A DNA stretch of 64,000 nt from an uncultured Actinomycetota bacterium (GCA_963713325.1 CAVQLL010000026.1:3815-67814), one strand, 5' to 3'; shown: positions 33,232 through 44,022, counted from the first letter of the stretch. A program made the numbers and translations. Notes: generated by a model not told the origin, from the letters alone.

Positions 33232-33407
33232 GTCCCTAGCGAACCGCCGCCGCAGCCTCCGGCTCATCGCTCGAATCGGCCAATCGCTCTGGCCGGATCG
33301 GGCCATGCGAACGGCTGCGGATGCCGCGTCGGAGAGCGGTCTGGCGAGGCGACGGAGCGTCAGGGAGAAGCATCCGCTCTCTCCCCGGACCGCCCTAGAA
33401 TCCGGGT

Positions 33408-34445
33408 ATGACCACGCACGAGCAGGTGGTGCACCACGCGCGGGTCGGCGACCGTACCGTCGCTTGGTCGTCAGTCGGATCGGGGCCGACGCTCGTGATC
33501 GGCGGATGGTGGGCGAGCCACCTGGCGTTGAACTGGGAGGATCGCGCCTTTCAGAAGTTCGTGAACGACCTGGCTCGCCGGCACACCGTCATCCGCTACG
33601 ACCGGCCCGGCACCGGCCTGTCCGATCGCGACGGACCCGCTCCGGCCAGCATCGACGACGAGCTCGCCGCTCTGGCCGGTCTCATCGAGAGCATCGGTCT
33701 TTCCCGCGTCTCGGTGATGGGTGCCTCGGCCGGATGCGCGGTGGCCTCGGCCTATGCGGCCGAGAATCCTGCACGGGTCGACCGGCTGGTCCTCTACGGC
33801 AGCTTCTCTCGCGGCGCTGACATCGCTTCTCCGTCGGCGCGGGAGCTGATGCTGTCCGTCGTCGAAGGACACTGGGGGCTCGGTTCGCGCGTTCTCGCGG
33901 ACGTGTTCCTCCCGAACGCGACGGCCGATGACCGTGAAGAGTTCGCCCGGTTCCAGCGACGGTCCGCCTCGCGGGAGACGGCGTCAGCGGCGCTGCGCGC
34001 GGTCTACGAGATGGATTCCAGCGCACACCTCTCCCGTGTGCGTGTACCCACGCTGGTCCTTCACCGGCGAGGCGATCGTGCCATCCCGTTCGCGCTCGGC
34101 CGCGAGGTGGCCGAAAACGTGCCGGGTGCGACCTTCGTCGAGCTGGACGGCGAAGACCACTTTCCCTGGCTCGGCGACAGTTCTGCAGTGGTCGAGGCGA
34201 TCGAACGCTTCCTTGATGGGATGCCGCAACGGGCCGCATCCCGCCCGAACGCGTCGGCCGCTCTCACTGCTCGGGAACGCGAAGTGCTGACGCTGGTCGC
34301 CCAAGGCCTGACCGATGCGCAGATCGCCGACCGGCTCGTGCTCAGCGCGCACACGGTGCATCGGCACGTCGCCAACGCCCGCACGAAGCTCGGCGTCCCC
34401 TCGCGCGCTGCCGCGGCGGCCTGGGTGTTGACGCACCGCCAGTGA
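33408..34445 (+). CDS. Alpha/beta-hydrolase fused to LuxR HTH
   Basis: RYDRPGTGLSD, GASAG nucleophile elbow, C-terminal LTAREREVL...TVHRHV. Confidence 0.9.
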   Translation: MTTHEQVVHHARVGDRTVAWSSVGSGPTLVIGGWWASHLALNWEDRAFQKFVNDLARRHTVIRYDRPGTGLSDRDGPAPASIDDELAALAGLIESIGLSRVSVMGASAGCAVASAYAAENPARVDRLVLYGSFSRGADIASPSARELMLSVVEGHWGLGSRVLADVFLPNATADDREEFARFQRRSASRETASAALRAVYEMDSSAHLSRVRVPTLVLHRRGDRAIPFALGREVAENVPGATFVELDGEDHFPWLGDSSAVVEAIERFLDGMPQRAASRPNASAALTAREREVLTLVAQGLTDAQIADRLVLSAHTVHRHVANARTKLGVPSRAAAAAWVLTHRQ

Positions 34446-34761
34446 GCCGGGCGGCGGTGCACGAAGTTGTTGCGGCACGGCCAGCGAACGGGGCTTGCTC
34501 GCGTTGGGCATGAGGTGATGCACCGCGACAGGAATGTTCTTGTCGAGCCACCGCGGAGACCTCGGCGGACGAATCCGCTGCGACGTTGCACCACGAAGTG
34601 TGAGTCACTCCGTATGAGGCCCACCGTTGGCTTCTTGCTCGAACCAGTTGAGTTGACTAAGTCTTCGCGGCAGTCCCGAAGCGCCCGCCCGTCAGCCGGA
34701 GAGATTTCCGGAGAACCCCACGCTCAGCACCGGCTCGCGGGACGATGGCCTCGCAAGAGTG

Positions 34762-34777
34762 GTACCATATCTGGTAC
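34762..34777. promoter_or_regulatory. Palindromic operator of yefM-yoeB
   Basis: GTACCA-TATC-TGGTAC just upstream of the RBS. Confidence 0.65.
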
Positions 34778-34788
34778 GACTTGGAGGA

Positions 34789-35040
34789 ATGATGGCTATC
34801 ACGACGAGCGAGGCGCGGCGCGACCTGTTTGGGCTGATCGAGCGCGTGAACCTCGATCACACTGAGGTCGAGATCACGTCGAAGCGGGGTTCTGCTGTTC
34901 TGATGTCGAAGGACGAGTTCGACTCCCTCGTTGAGACGAGCTACCTCCTGCGTTCCCCTGAGAACGCGCGACGGCTGCTGAGCGCTATGGAGCGGGCACG
35001 AGCGGGTGAGGTCACCGAGCACGAGCTTCACGACTCTTGA
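34789..35040 (+). CDS. yefM: YefM/Phd antitoxin
   Basis: SEARRDLF.LIERV, AVLMS, ETSYLLRSPENARRL. Confidence 0.92.
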   Translation: MMAITTSEARRDLFGLIERVNLDHTEVEITSKRGSAVLMSKDEFDSLVETSYLLRSPENARRLLSAMERARAGEVTEHELHDS

Positions 35041-35303
35041 GTGAGCGGAAGCTGGCGTGGACGGTCGAGGGCTGGGAAGACTACCTGTACTGGCAGGGTC
35101 AGGACCGCAAGACGCTCAGACGGATCAATGCGCTGATCGCCGACTGCCTGCGAGATGACCCTTTCGAGGGAATCGGGAAGCCCGAACCCCTCAAGCACGC
35201 CCTCGCCGGCGCGTGGTCACGAAGGATCGATGAAACCAACCGTCTCGTCTATATTGCCGACGAGCAGTGCGTCACCATCCTGCAAGCTCGCTATCACTAC
35301 TAG
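35037..35303 (+). CDS. yoeB: YoeB/Txe toxin
   Basis: WEDYLYWQ, GIGKPEPLK, WSRRID..NRLVY, ARYHY; 4-nt overlap with yefM. Confidence 0.95.
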   Translation: MSERKLAWTVEGWEDYLYWQGQDRKTLRRINALIADCLRDDPFEGIGKPEPLKHALAGAWSRRIDETNRLVYIADEQCVTILQARYHY

Positions 35304-35363
35304 CTACGACCCCCTCGATCGCCCCGCAGGGTGCGCGTGAGGCGCTCCCGGTACCGTTGACGG

Positions 35364-35545
35364 GTGCCGGCACGTCGTTCACGCAGCATCCTTCGCCTAC
35401 GCATCTCGATCGTGGGCATTGAACCGGAGATCTGGCGCACCATCGATGTGGACGGCAGCTTGTCGCTCGCCCAGCTACACATGGTGCTGCAGGTGGTCTT
35501 CAACTGGTTCGGCTCGCACCTGCACCGCTTCTCAGCGCAGCGCGT
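35364..35545 (+). pseudogene. N-terminal fragment of a pRiA4b ORF-3-like protein
   Basis: LRISI.GIEPEIWR.I.V...SLAQLH.VLQ..F.W..SHLH.F, after which the frame reads antisense through the next gene. Confidence 0.65.
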
Positions 35546-35558
35546 AGGCGAGTGCCGC

Positions 35559-36776
35559 CTACAGCAGCGAGTGATCCGGCGAGACGACCTTCGTGAATTG
35601 GGCGAAGATGTCGCTCGCGGACATCTTCGCCGGATCGGTGGCCTGGGAAGGCGTCGTGTAGATGACCATCGTCCATCCCTCGTCCGGGAGCGTACCGCCG
35701 GCGCCGGTGTATCCCGGGATGCCCGGGTTCATGAACACCCAGCCGTTCAAGACCAGGAACCCCATCGCCCAATACTTGTCCGCAGTGTTCGTGCCGATGC
35801 CGACGATGGTGGGGGCGAACTGCACGTCGTGGAACTCGGGCGACAGCAGTTCGCCCGAGCCGAGCGCATCCAAGAACGTGGCGACGTCTTCGGCGTTGCT
35901 GCCGACGCCTCCAGCGAAATGCGCCCACGACGGATTCCAGTGGGTGACGTTCTCCCAGACCCCGCGCTCGCCGTCGTAGCCCTGGAGCACCGGCTGCGGC
36001 CAGTTTCCGTCACGCGCGACCGTCGTGTCGTGCATGCCGAGGGGATCGAGGATGCCGGTCTGGATGAGCTCGGCGACAGGCGTGCCAGATGCTTGCGCGA
36101 GGATCCCGACCAGGACGGCCGAGTTCGTGTCCGAGAACATCCAGTCTGTGCCGGGCGGGAACAGCGGGCCCTGCGCGGTTCCGATCGCGATGATCTCGTC
36201 GACCGTCCACACGCGGAACGGATCAGCGTAGAGAGCCGCGAGGAAGTCCTCCTGCCCGGTGAACTGCGAGTACCCGGCCGTGTTGTGCAGCAGCATCTCG
36301 ATCGTGACGGTGTCAGCCCCCAGAAGCTGCGGATACCAGGTCGAGACGCGGTCGTCGAGTGACAGGGCGCCGGCCTCGACCTGCTGAAGCAGAGCGGTCG
36401 TCAGCATCGGCGTGGAGAGGTTGCCCAGCATGTGGTGCATGTCTGGTGTGGCCGGGACGGCGGGCATCGATTCGCCGAGCGCACCGAAGAGCACCGGCTG
36501 CCCGTCGTGCCAGACGCCGGCGATCACCGCGGACAGTTCGTCGGCTTCGAACTGCGACTGAAGGATGCCCGCAAGCTCGGCCGAAATCGCATCATCGGAC
36601 AAGCACAGTCCGAGCTCCGACGATGTGCCTGCGGGACAGGCGTCCGTTCCGACCGCGGTGCCGGTGGACGAGGTCGGCGTGGCTGTGCTTCCGGAGGGAC
36701 TCGGCGAGGTCGTCGCGGTGCACGCCGTCAACAGCGCCGCCAGCCCGAACACACCGACGATCGCCTTCATTCGCAT
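35559..36776 (-). CDS. Beta-lactamase-family (serine hydrolase fold) lipoprotein with degenerate active site
   Basis: Lipobox LTAC, Ser/Thr linker, LLHNTAG, F.PGTDW.FSDTN; SxxK position reads NLST. Confidence 0.85.
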   Translation of the reverse strand: MRMKAIVGVFGLAALLTACTATTSPSPSGSTATPTSSTGTAVGTDACPAGTSSELGLCLSDDAISAELAGILQSQFEADELSAVIAGVWHDGQPVLFGALGESMPAVPATPDMHHMLGNLSTPMLTTALLQQVEAGALSLDDRVSTWYPQLLGADTVTIEMLLHNTAGYSQFTGQEDFLAALYADPFRVWTVDEIIAIGTAQGPLFPPGTDWMFSDTNSAVLVGILAQASGTPVAELIQTGILDPLGMHDTTVARDGNWPQPVLQGYDGERGVWENVTHWNPSWAHFAGGVGSNAEDVATFLDALGSGELLSPEFHDVQFAPTIVGIGTNTADKYWAMGFLVLNGWVFMNPGIPGYTGAGGTLPDEGWTMVIYTTPSQATDPAKMSASDIFAQFTKVVSPDHSLL

Positions 36777-36953
36777 GGTCGTACTGTATCGAGTGAGTGG
36801 TTCCGCAGTACGGAGCCCGCGTGGATCAATCCGCCGGATGCGACAAGAAAGAGCGCGCTCGGTTGCGAGAGACTGGCGGCATGGCGGGCTCGGAGGGCGG
36901 ATGGATCGAGATCCTCGACCCGACGCCGTCGGGCGATTCCTGGGAGCGGACGA

Positions 36954-38435
36954 ATGACCAGGCCAGACCCGCGCGATCCGCGCGGCTACGCCGCCGATGC
37001 GCCGCTCCTCGAGGCGTGGCTGCGCTTCACCGCGGACGTGCGCGACGGCCGCACGATGCCCTTCAGCATTCCCGGGCACAAGCACCGCCGCGACCTGGTG
37101 GGCGACGTCGTCGTCGGGGACGTCCCGATGCTCGCCGGACTCGACACCATGAAGCAGGATCACGCCTTGCTGGCGACCGCCGAGGCGCGCGCAGCCGAGG
37201 CGTGGGGAGTGGACTGGTGCCGGTTCTCCGTCGGCGGATCCACGCACGCGAACCAGGCCTCGATCCTCGCTCTCGGGCGCCCCGGTCAGAGTGTGATCGT
37301 CTCGCGCACCCTCCATCGGTCGGTGCTGCTCGGCCTCGTCTTCGCGGGGTTGCACCCGGTCTGGGTGCGTCCGGAGATCGACGCCGTCACGGGGCTTCCG
37401 GGTGGAGTACCCGTGGGCGCGGTCGAGGCGGCGCTGCGGGCCCACCCCGACGCGTGCGGGGTGCTGGTGGGCGACCCGGCCTACGTCGGCACGCTCTCCG
37501 ACATCGAGGGCCTCGCTGCGGCTGCGCATGCGGCAGGTGTGCCGCTCGTGGTCGACGCCGCGTGGGCGGCGTACTTCGGGTTCTCGCCGAAGGTGCCCGC
37601 CCACGCCCTCGCGCGCGGGGCGGACGCGCTCGTCACGAGCGCGCACAAGACCCTCCCGGCGTGGAGCCAGTCCGCCCTGCTCCTCGCGCGCACCACGCGC
37701 TCGGGTGGTCTGCTGGACCCCGACCGACTGGAGCGGGGGTTCGAGGCATCCGCCACGACGAGCGCAGCCGGCGCCATCCTCGCCAGCGCGGACGCGTCTC
37801 GCGCACTGCTGCAGCGCGACGGCGCCGAACTCGTGGGCAGGCTCGTCGATCTCGTCGCATCCGCTCGCTCACAGCTCGCCGCCGTGGAAGGAGTCGAGGT
37901 GCTCGCCGATCGTCCCGCCGGTCACCCGCAGGGGCGCCTCGCCGTCGACCCCGCAAAGCTCGTCGTTCTCCTGGCCGGCACCGGCGCACACGGGCACGCC
38001 ATCGAAGCAGACCTTCTCGCCGAAGGCATGACGCTCGAGATGGCCGATCGCGATGTGCTCGTGCCGGTGATCACGCTCGCCGACGACGAGGCCACCGTGC
38101 GCCGACTCGTCACGTCACTCACGGCCGCGATCGAGCGCCACCGCGGCGAACCTCGACCGATCGCGCCATCGGCGGCGTGGACCGTGCGCGCAGAAACCGC
38201 CATCTCACCGAGAGACGCCTTCTTCGCCCCGCACGAGACGGTCCAGGCGGATGCCGCGATCGGCCGCGTGTGCGCGGAGCTCATCGCGCCGTACCCGCCC
38301 GGAGTTCCCGTGCTCGCGCCCGGCGAAGTCGTCACCACTGAGGCGCTCGCCGCGCTGCGTGCCGCGCGATCCGACGGTGGCCGCATCGCCTATGCGGCCG
38401 ACCCGACCCTCGCGACCCTCCAGGTCGTCGCGTAA
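36954..38435 (+). CDS. PLP-dependent Orn/Lys/Arg decarboxylase family protein
   Basis: PGHK, GST.ANQ, VDAAW, SAHKT PLP lysine, PYPPGVP. Confidence 0.9.
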   Translation: MTRPDPRDPRGYAADAPLLEAWLRFTADVRDGRTMPFSIPGHKHRRDLVGDVVVGDVPMLAGLDTMKQDHALLATAEARAAEAWGVDWCRFSVGGSTHANQASILALGRPGQSVIVSRTLHRSVLLGLVFAGLHPVWVRPEIDAVTGLPGGVPVGAVEAALRAHPDACGVLVGDPAYVGTLSDIEGLAAAAHAAGVPLVVDAAWAAYFGFSPKVPAHALARGADALVTSAHKTLPAWSQSALLLARTTRSGGLLDPDRLERGFEASATTSAAGAILASADASRALLQRDGAELVGRLVDLVASARSQLAAVEGVEVLADRPAGHPQGRLAVDPAKLVVLLAGTGAHGHAIEADLLAEGMTLEMADRDVLVPVITLADDEATVRRLVTSLTAAIERHRGEPRPIAPSAAWTVRAETAISPRDAFFAPHETVQADAAIGRVCAELIAPYPPGVPVLAPGEVVTTEALAALRAARSDGGRIAYAADPTLATLQVVA

Positions 38436-38462
38436 GACCTCACGCAGGTTCGGCCGCAGGCG

Positions 38463-38906
38463 TCACCCGTCGGTCTGGCCGGTGTTCTCCGTGCAGGCCG
38501 CGTTCACCTTCTCGACCGCCTCCTCGATGCCGGCCTGCTGCTCCGAGAGCACGTCAGGATCGAGGTTGCCTTCCGCATCGGTGGGGAGGGCCGCGACCTC
38601 CGCGGCCGCCTCGGCGAGCCCTTCGCTGAGCGTCGCCAGCGCGTCCGCGACGTCCGTGTTGTCGGCGGTCTCCGCGAGCTTGTCGACCCCGTCTGCGAAC
38701 TCCTCGAGATCCGCCTGCACCTCGCTCGGATCGGTGTCGGCGAGGGCGGCCTCGACGTCGTTCGAGACCTCTGTCAGCGCGGTCTTCAGAGCGCCGCACA
38801 CGTCGTCGATGGACGTCGGGCCCCCACCGCCGGTGCCGGAGCAGCCTGAGAAGAGCAGGACGCCGGCGACGACGAGCGCAGCTGTCGGAATGGTTGTGCG
38901 TCGCAT
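38463..38906 (-). CDS. Small acidic lipoprotein
   Basis: Lipobox FSGC, helical acidic body, AAAGGA RBS. Confidence 0.8.
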   Translation of the reverse strand: MRRTTIPTAALVVAGVLLFSGCSGTGGGGPTSIDDVCGALKTALTEVSNDVEAALADTDPSEVQADLEEFADGVDKLAETADNTDVADALATLSEGLAEAAAEVAALPTDAEGNLDPDVLSEQQAGIEEAVEKVNAACTENTGQTDG

Positions 38907-38934
38907 GGTGGATTCCTTTCGTCGTGCGTTTCGG

Positions 38935-40413
38935 CTAGTTGACGGCGGAGGTGAGGCGCGCGATGCCGTCCAGGAAGGTCGCCTTGCCAGGTTCACGACG
39001 CCATTCCTCGAGGGTAAGTTCGCGGCCGGCATCCCGATAGCCCTGCTCCACCTCGCGCATGCCCGCGACGAACGACTTGCCGAGGACGAGCAGCATGACC
39101 TCCATGTTGAGGCTGAACGACCGGATGTCCATGTTGCTGGATCCGATCACAGCGATCTCGTCATCGATCGAGAAGTGCTTTGAGTGAAGGATGAACGGGG
39201 CGGGGTAGAGGAAGATGCGCACACCCGCTTCCAGCAGCGCATCGTAGTACGACCGCTGCGCGTGGTAGACGAGCCCCTGGTCGCCGATCTCGGAGACGAA
39301 CAGCTGCACTTCCAGGCCCCGCTGGCAGGCCGTCGTGATCGCGTAGACCATCGCCTCGTCGGGGACGAAGTACGGGCTCGTGAGGATCACTTTCTCGGTC
39401 GCGCCGTAGATGAGCGAGAGGAACAGACGGAGGTTGTTCTCGGTCTGGTACCCCGGCCCGCTCGGCACCACCTGGCAGACCAGCGCGTCGGGCGACGTGT
39501 TCACCGCGAGCTGCTCCGCCGGCACGTGTTCGGTATCCAGGAGCGACTCACCGGTCTCGATCAACCAGTCGGAGAGGAACACGGCGTTGATGGATGCCAC
39601 CACCGGCCCAGTGACGCGGGTCACCAGCTCCTGCCACTTCAGGCCCCGCTTGATGTTCTTCTCGGAGTTGTACGTGCGGTCGACGAGGTTCTGCGAGCCC
39701 ATGAAGGCGGTGCGTCCGTCGACCACGACGATCTTGCGGTGGTTGCGCAGGTCGGGGCGCTGGTACTTGCCCTTGAACGGCATGACGGGCAGCATCCACT
39801 CCCACTTCACGCCGATCCGGTCGAGTTCTGCGAATGTCTCCTTCGCGTGCGGCATCTTCCCCGAGGAGATGTGATCGGCGAGCAGCCGCACGGACACCCC
39901 TCGCGCGACGGCGGACTCCATCGCCGAGAAGAATCCGCGAGTCGTGTTGTCCCACGAGACGATGAAGAACTCGACGTGCACGAATTTCTTCGCCGTGTCG
40001 ATCTCCGCCGCCATGGCGTCGATCGCGGCCTGGTAGTCGCCATACAACCTCGCATCGTTCCCGCCCACGGCGGGGAGTGCGGTGAGGTCCTCGTTCTGCT
40101 GCGCGACCCGCTGGAACCAGCGGGGCCAGCGCGACTCGTCTGCGACGACACTGTTCGCCCCCGCGACACGGTCCTCGATCAGCTCATCGATCCGAGCCTG
40201 CTCGTCGCGGCGCTTCTTCGGCAGCCGGACGTTGCCGATCAGCAGGTACAGCAGGATTCCCACGAAGGGAATCAGGAAGATCGCGAGCAGCCACGCCATC
40301 GCGGCGGTGGGCTTTCGATGCCGAGGGATGAAGATCAAAGCGAGCACCTTGATCGCCAGATCGGCGAAGAAAGCGATGGTCCAGATCAGGTTGGCGAGGA
40401 GGGAACCGTCCAT
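38935..40413 (-). CDS. cls: Cardiolipin synthase
   Basis: PLDc_N TM hairpin and two HKD-type motifs (NHRKIVVVD, LHSKHFSID). Confidence 0.93.
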   Translation of the reverse strand: MDGSLLANLIWTIAFFADLAIKVLALIFIPRHRKPTAAMAWLLAIFLIPFVGILLYLLIGNVRLPKKRRDEQARIDELIEDRVAGANSVVADESRWPRWFQRVAQQNEDLTALPAVGGNDARLYGDYQAAIDAMAAEIDTAKKFVHVEFFIVSWDNTTRGFFSAMESAVARGVSVRLLADHISSGKMPHAKETFAELDRIGVKWEWMLPVMPFKGKYQRPDLRNHRKIVVVDGRTAFMGSQNLVDRTYNSEKNIKRGLKWQELVTRVTGPVVASINAVFLSDWLIETGESLLDTEHVPAEQLAVNTSPDALVCQVVPSGPGYQTENNLRLFLSLIYGATEKVILTSPYFVPDEAMVYAITTACQRGLEVQLFVSEIGDQGLVYHAQRSYYDALLEAGVRIFLYPAPFILHSKHFSIDDEIAVIGSSNMDIRSFSLNMEVMLLVLGKSFVAGMREVEQGYRDAGRELTLEEWRREPGKATFLDGIARLTSAVN

Positions 40414-40422
40414 GTCGGCGGC

Positions 40423-41987
40423 CTAGACCGGTTCGATCTCGCTGGGCCGCCACGACTTGTCGAAGAACGACTGCAAGGGGTTGTAGAAGCGAAGCGTCAC
40501 GAAGTAGCCCTTGCCGGGGATCGACTGCAGCCAGTTCGACTCCGCGCCCGCGGGGGCGGTGGGGCCGATGTGGATGGTCGTGCTGCCGTCTTCGTTCGCC
40601 TTTACGGTGCCCGTTTGGCTTCCGAAGGACGGATGCGGCTGATCAGTCTGCAGCATCGAACGGGTCTGCCGATCGTAGAGGATCACCGACCAGAACCTGC
40701 TCTGCGGGATGTCGGGCGGAAGGGTGATCCGGTAGTCGCGTGCACCGTCGAGGAATGCCCCGTCGGCGTCGCGGCTGGCGATGAGATATTGCGAGCCGAT
40801 GCCCGTCAGCCGCATGCACATGGCCGGAGTCACGCCCGTGGCGGGGTAGAAGAAGGCGATGCGCGAGTCGATCTTGCGAGCGCCGTCTCCCTCGTGCGCG
40901 ACCACGCCGTCAGCCGTGATCTCGGGGGGCGGCGTGAGGAACTCGTATCCCCCCTTGAAGAGCATGTTGATCCAGCGCGAACCGGGATAGTAGGAGAATC
41001 CCTCATCGTCACGAGGGGCGAAGGTGATGGTTCGTGCAGTGGCGTTGCCGACCACCACCGCCTCCTCGAGGATGCGTCGCATCCGAGCGTCGGGCGCGAA
41101 CTCCTTCCCCTTGGAGATGCCCGACGACCGCCAGCATCCCGAGCAATTCGGGATCGCCTGATCCGACCGGTTCGTCCTCGATGAGCTCCTTGAGAACCTC
41201 CCAGTAGCTCCAGTCATTCGGCGGCACGGTGTTGAAGGACACATGAGAGCCCTCGACGATGACCGTCTCCTCCGCCGGCGCGGGCGCGGCGAGTGGAGCT
41301 GCGCCGGCGAGGAATGTCGCGACGGCGGTGCCGACGCCGCCCGGGGTGTAATGCGAGATGCGCAGACGATTGCGGATCGCGTCGAGTGCCTCGCTCGGAT
41401 CGTTGTCGATCATGAATGCGCGCAGCAGCAGGATCACGCTGTTCGTGCGCGAGTGCGAAACATAGAACCCGCCGTCGGGCAGGGTCCCGTCATACTCCGG
41501 ACCGACGATCAGGTAGCGGCCGCCGTTGCCGCGATCCGGACCCGGAAGGCCCATGTCGGTGATCCACCGGAACCACATGTCGTCGACGGTGCCCAGGAAG
41601 CCTGACGGCGCCGGGATCGACGGCACGTCGACGATCATCGGGCCGTCGCTGAGGTCGAGGAAGCCGAGGGCGTACACCGTGTCGGTGTTTGCCGTCAGGA
41701 AGACCGACGCGGAGTCCATCAGCTCCGAGAACAGCAGGATCGAGTTGTCTTCGACCCCGATGGACCGGAATCCACGGCGGATTCCGACGAGCGAGGCGCC
41801 GGGGAAGCCATCCACGAACGCTTTCACACCGTTGACGAAGGCCCAGTGGTCGTAGAGCAGTTCAGCGGTGGCCTCGCTCGGTGCGCCGTCGACGAACTCG
41901 AGCGGTCCGAGACGGCTGCTCGATGTGGTCGGGTGTGGAAATCGATGCCAGGGCTTCTGCCGAGACACCCGAATTCGTCATAGTCAT
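40423..41987 (-). CDS. DUF1254/DUF1214 domain protein, apparent frameshifts near 41915 and 41120
   Basis: LTANTDTVY, DDMWFRWITDMG.PGPDRG.GG.YL, FWSV.LYD, NW..SIPGK. Confidence 0.85.
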
Positions 41988-41997
41988 CGTCCTGCTC

Positions 41998-42436
41998 CTA
42001 CTGGTTCTGGGTTTCGGCCGTCGGCTGTGCCTTCGCAGCCTTGAGTTCGTGTCCGTGAACGGTCAGCGCGTAGATGACGAGGATGTCGACCGCCAGGAGC
42101 GCCAGCGACAGCCAGGGCTGCGCGGACAGCAGCGAGAGCTGGCCGAGCGCGTTGAGCGCGACGAGGATGATCGCGACGACCCGGGCCCACGTCGCGCCGC
42201 CGATGAGGGAGACGCCGACGAGGACCAGGAGGGCGCCGGAGATCAGGTGCCACCAGCCCCACCCGGCCACGTCGATCATGAAGAGACCCGATTGGGCGAG
42301 GAAGTAGGCGCTGTCCGGGCCGATGACGGCGGTGAGGCCGAAGAGCAGGTCCATTGCGCCGCCGATGATCAGCATGACGCCGGCGAAGACGGCCCATCCG
42401 GTCCAGCCGGAGCGCGGTGGTCGTGGTGTCGCTCAT
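41998..42436 (-). CDS. Four-TM membrane protein (DUF7144-like), apparent frameshift near the 5' end
   Basis: GW.VFAGVMLII.G...WGWWHLI.G...WAR..A...P.LS...VIYAL. Confidence 0.75.
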
Positions 42437-42475
42437 GTGTTCGTTCCTTCCATTCGTGGGCGAGGTGAGGAGTGG

Positions 42476-43658
42476 TCAGACTTTGACGTTCTGTTTCGGG
42501 ATGACGACTTCACGGATGACGAGCAGGAGAGAGGCGATCACGGGGAGGGCCAGGAGCACCCCGACGACACCGAGCATGGCCGCGCCCGCCATCGCACCGA
42601 TGAGGACCAGTGCGGGAGGGATCGAGATGGCCTTGGTCATCACGCGGGGACTGACGACATAAGACTCGACCTGGATGTACACGAGGTAGCCGATCGCGAA
42701 AATGAGCGCCTGCGTCGGACTCGAGAACAGCGCCACGACCGATCCGATGACGAGGAAGATGATCGAGCCGAAGAGCGGGATGAACGTGATGATGAACGCG
42801 ATCAGCGCCATCAGCGCCGCATACGGGAGGCCGATGAAGAAGAAGAGGAAGAACACCACGACACCGTTCAGGGCCGAGAGCGTCAGCGAGCCGAGCAGCG
42901 AGGCGCCCACCGACGCGGTCACCTGCTCGGTGAGCCGCGAGAGTTCGGCGCGGTCGCGAGCGGGGGCGAGGGAGTAGAGCGCGTTCTTCATGCCCGTGAG
43001 GGATGCCAGGAAGTACAGCGTCAGGGCGACGATGATGAAGCCGGCGGAGATCGCGCTGAACAGTCCGGCGGCAGCGGCCAGAGCGCCCCCGCCGATCGCT
43101 GCGAGCGTCTCGGGCTGCGTCAGGGTTTCCGAGATCGTCTCCAGCGCCGCCGGCGATCGTGATGCGGGCGTCGATCGGCAGCGCGGCGAACCAGTCGGAT
43201 GCGAGCATGTCGTCGACGGCCTGCGGAAGATGCTGAATGAACTCTGCAATCTGCGACACCACGGGCGGCAGGATGAAGATCAGGAAGGCCGCGGCGACAA
43301 GCGCATAACCGCCGAAGACGATGCCGATTCCGGCACCCCGCTTCAGACCGCGTCGCTCGAGCGTTCGCACGATCGGGTCGAGCCCCAAGGCGATGAACAG
43401 CGCCAGCGCGATCTGCAGGAGGAGCGTCGTGATCGAACCGAGCGCCACGGCGATGATCAAGGCGCCCAGCACGCCGACCGTCGCGACGAACGCGACGGTG
43501 AGCGGACGCTCCATGAGCGCAAGGATGCCGCGTCGTCCTCGGCTCCGGCTGTCGACTGTGGGAGCGGCATCGATCGCCGCCGGTGCTACTTTGCGGCGGC
43601 GGCCGACCCAGCGCCGGCGCGGGTGACTCTCAGCACGACCGATCGACGATTCGCTCAT
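42476..43658 (-). CDS. AI-2E family transporter, apparent frameshift near 43150
   Basis: LGLDPIV..LER, IP.FG, Q.ESYV.SPRVM, G..G.LLALP. Confidence 0.88.
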
Positions 43659-43693
43659 GCCCGTCACATTGGCCGCGGGCGGGCGCAGCCGCG

Positions 43694-43774
43694 TCACCCA
43701 TTCTGTGCGAAGTCGCCGAGGCCGACCGTCGGGCGCCGTGCACGGGTGCGGGATGGTTCACGCGATATCCATGA
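43694..43774. promoter_or_regulatory. Two candidate TCAC-N9-RYGA operator sites
   Basis: TCACCC-attct-GTGCGA (43694) and TCACGC-gatat-CCATGA (43758); same geometry as the sites at 46681 and 46726. Confidence 0.5.
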
Positions 43775-43959
43775 TGCGATCACGGTGTGCCACCAGTCCA
43801 ATTGGTCCGTGGATCCCCGCATCAGCGGGATACAGCGGAACGGCGCGGGTCGCGGCTGCGACAGGGAACATCGTGAGGGCTCTTGCGGCCGAGGTCGCGC
43901 TGGAGGACCTTGAAGTGGCAGAACTTTACGACGAGGACGAGGACGACGACGACGCGTGA
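43753..43959 (+). CDS. Possible small acidic-tailed protein; start uncertain (GTG 43873 is an alternative)
   Basis: Ends ALAAEVALEDLEVAELYDEDEDDDDA. Confidence 0.35.
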   Translation: MVHAISMMRSRCATSPIGPWIPASAGYSGTARVAAATGNIVRALAAEVALEDLEVAELYDEDEDDDDA

Positions 43960-44022
43960 TGCCCCCCTGCGAACCGGCGAGCACAGGTGGTTGAGCCGAT
44001 CCTGAGCGGTCAATAGGCTTCG

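Noticed and set aside
35364-36362. 332-aa plus-strand ORF as a full gene
   Set aside because: Only the first ~60 codons look like a protein family; the rest is antisense to the serine-hydrolase-fold lipoprotein gene
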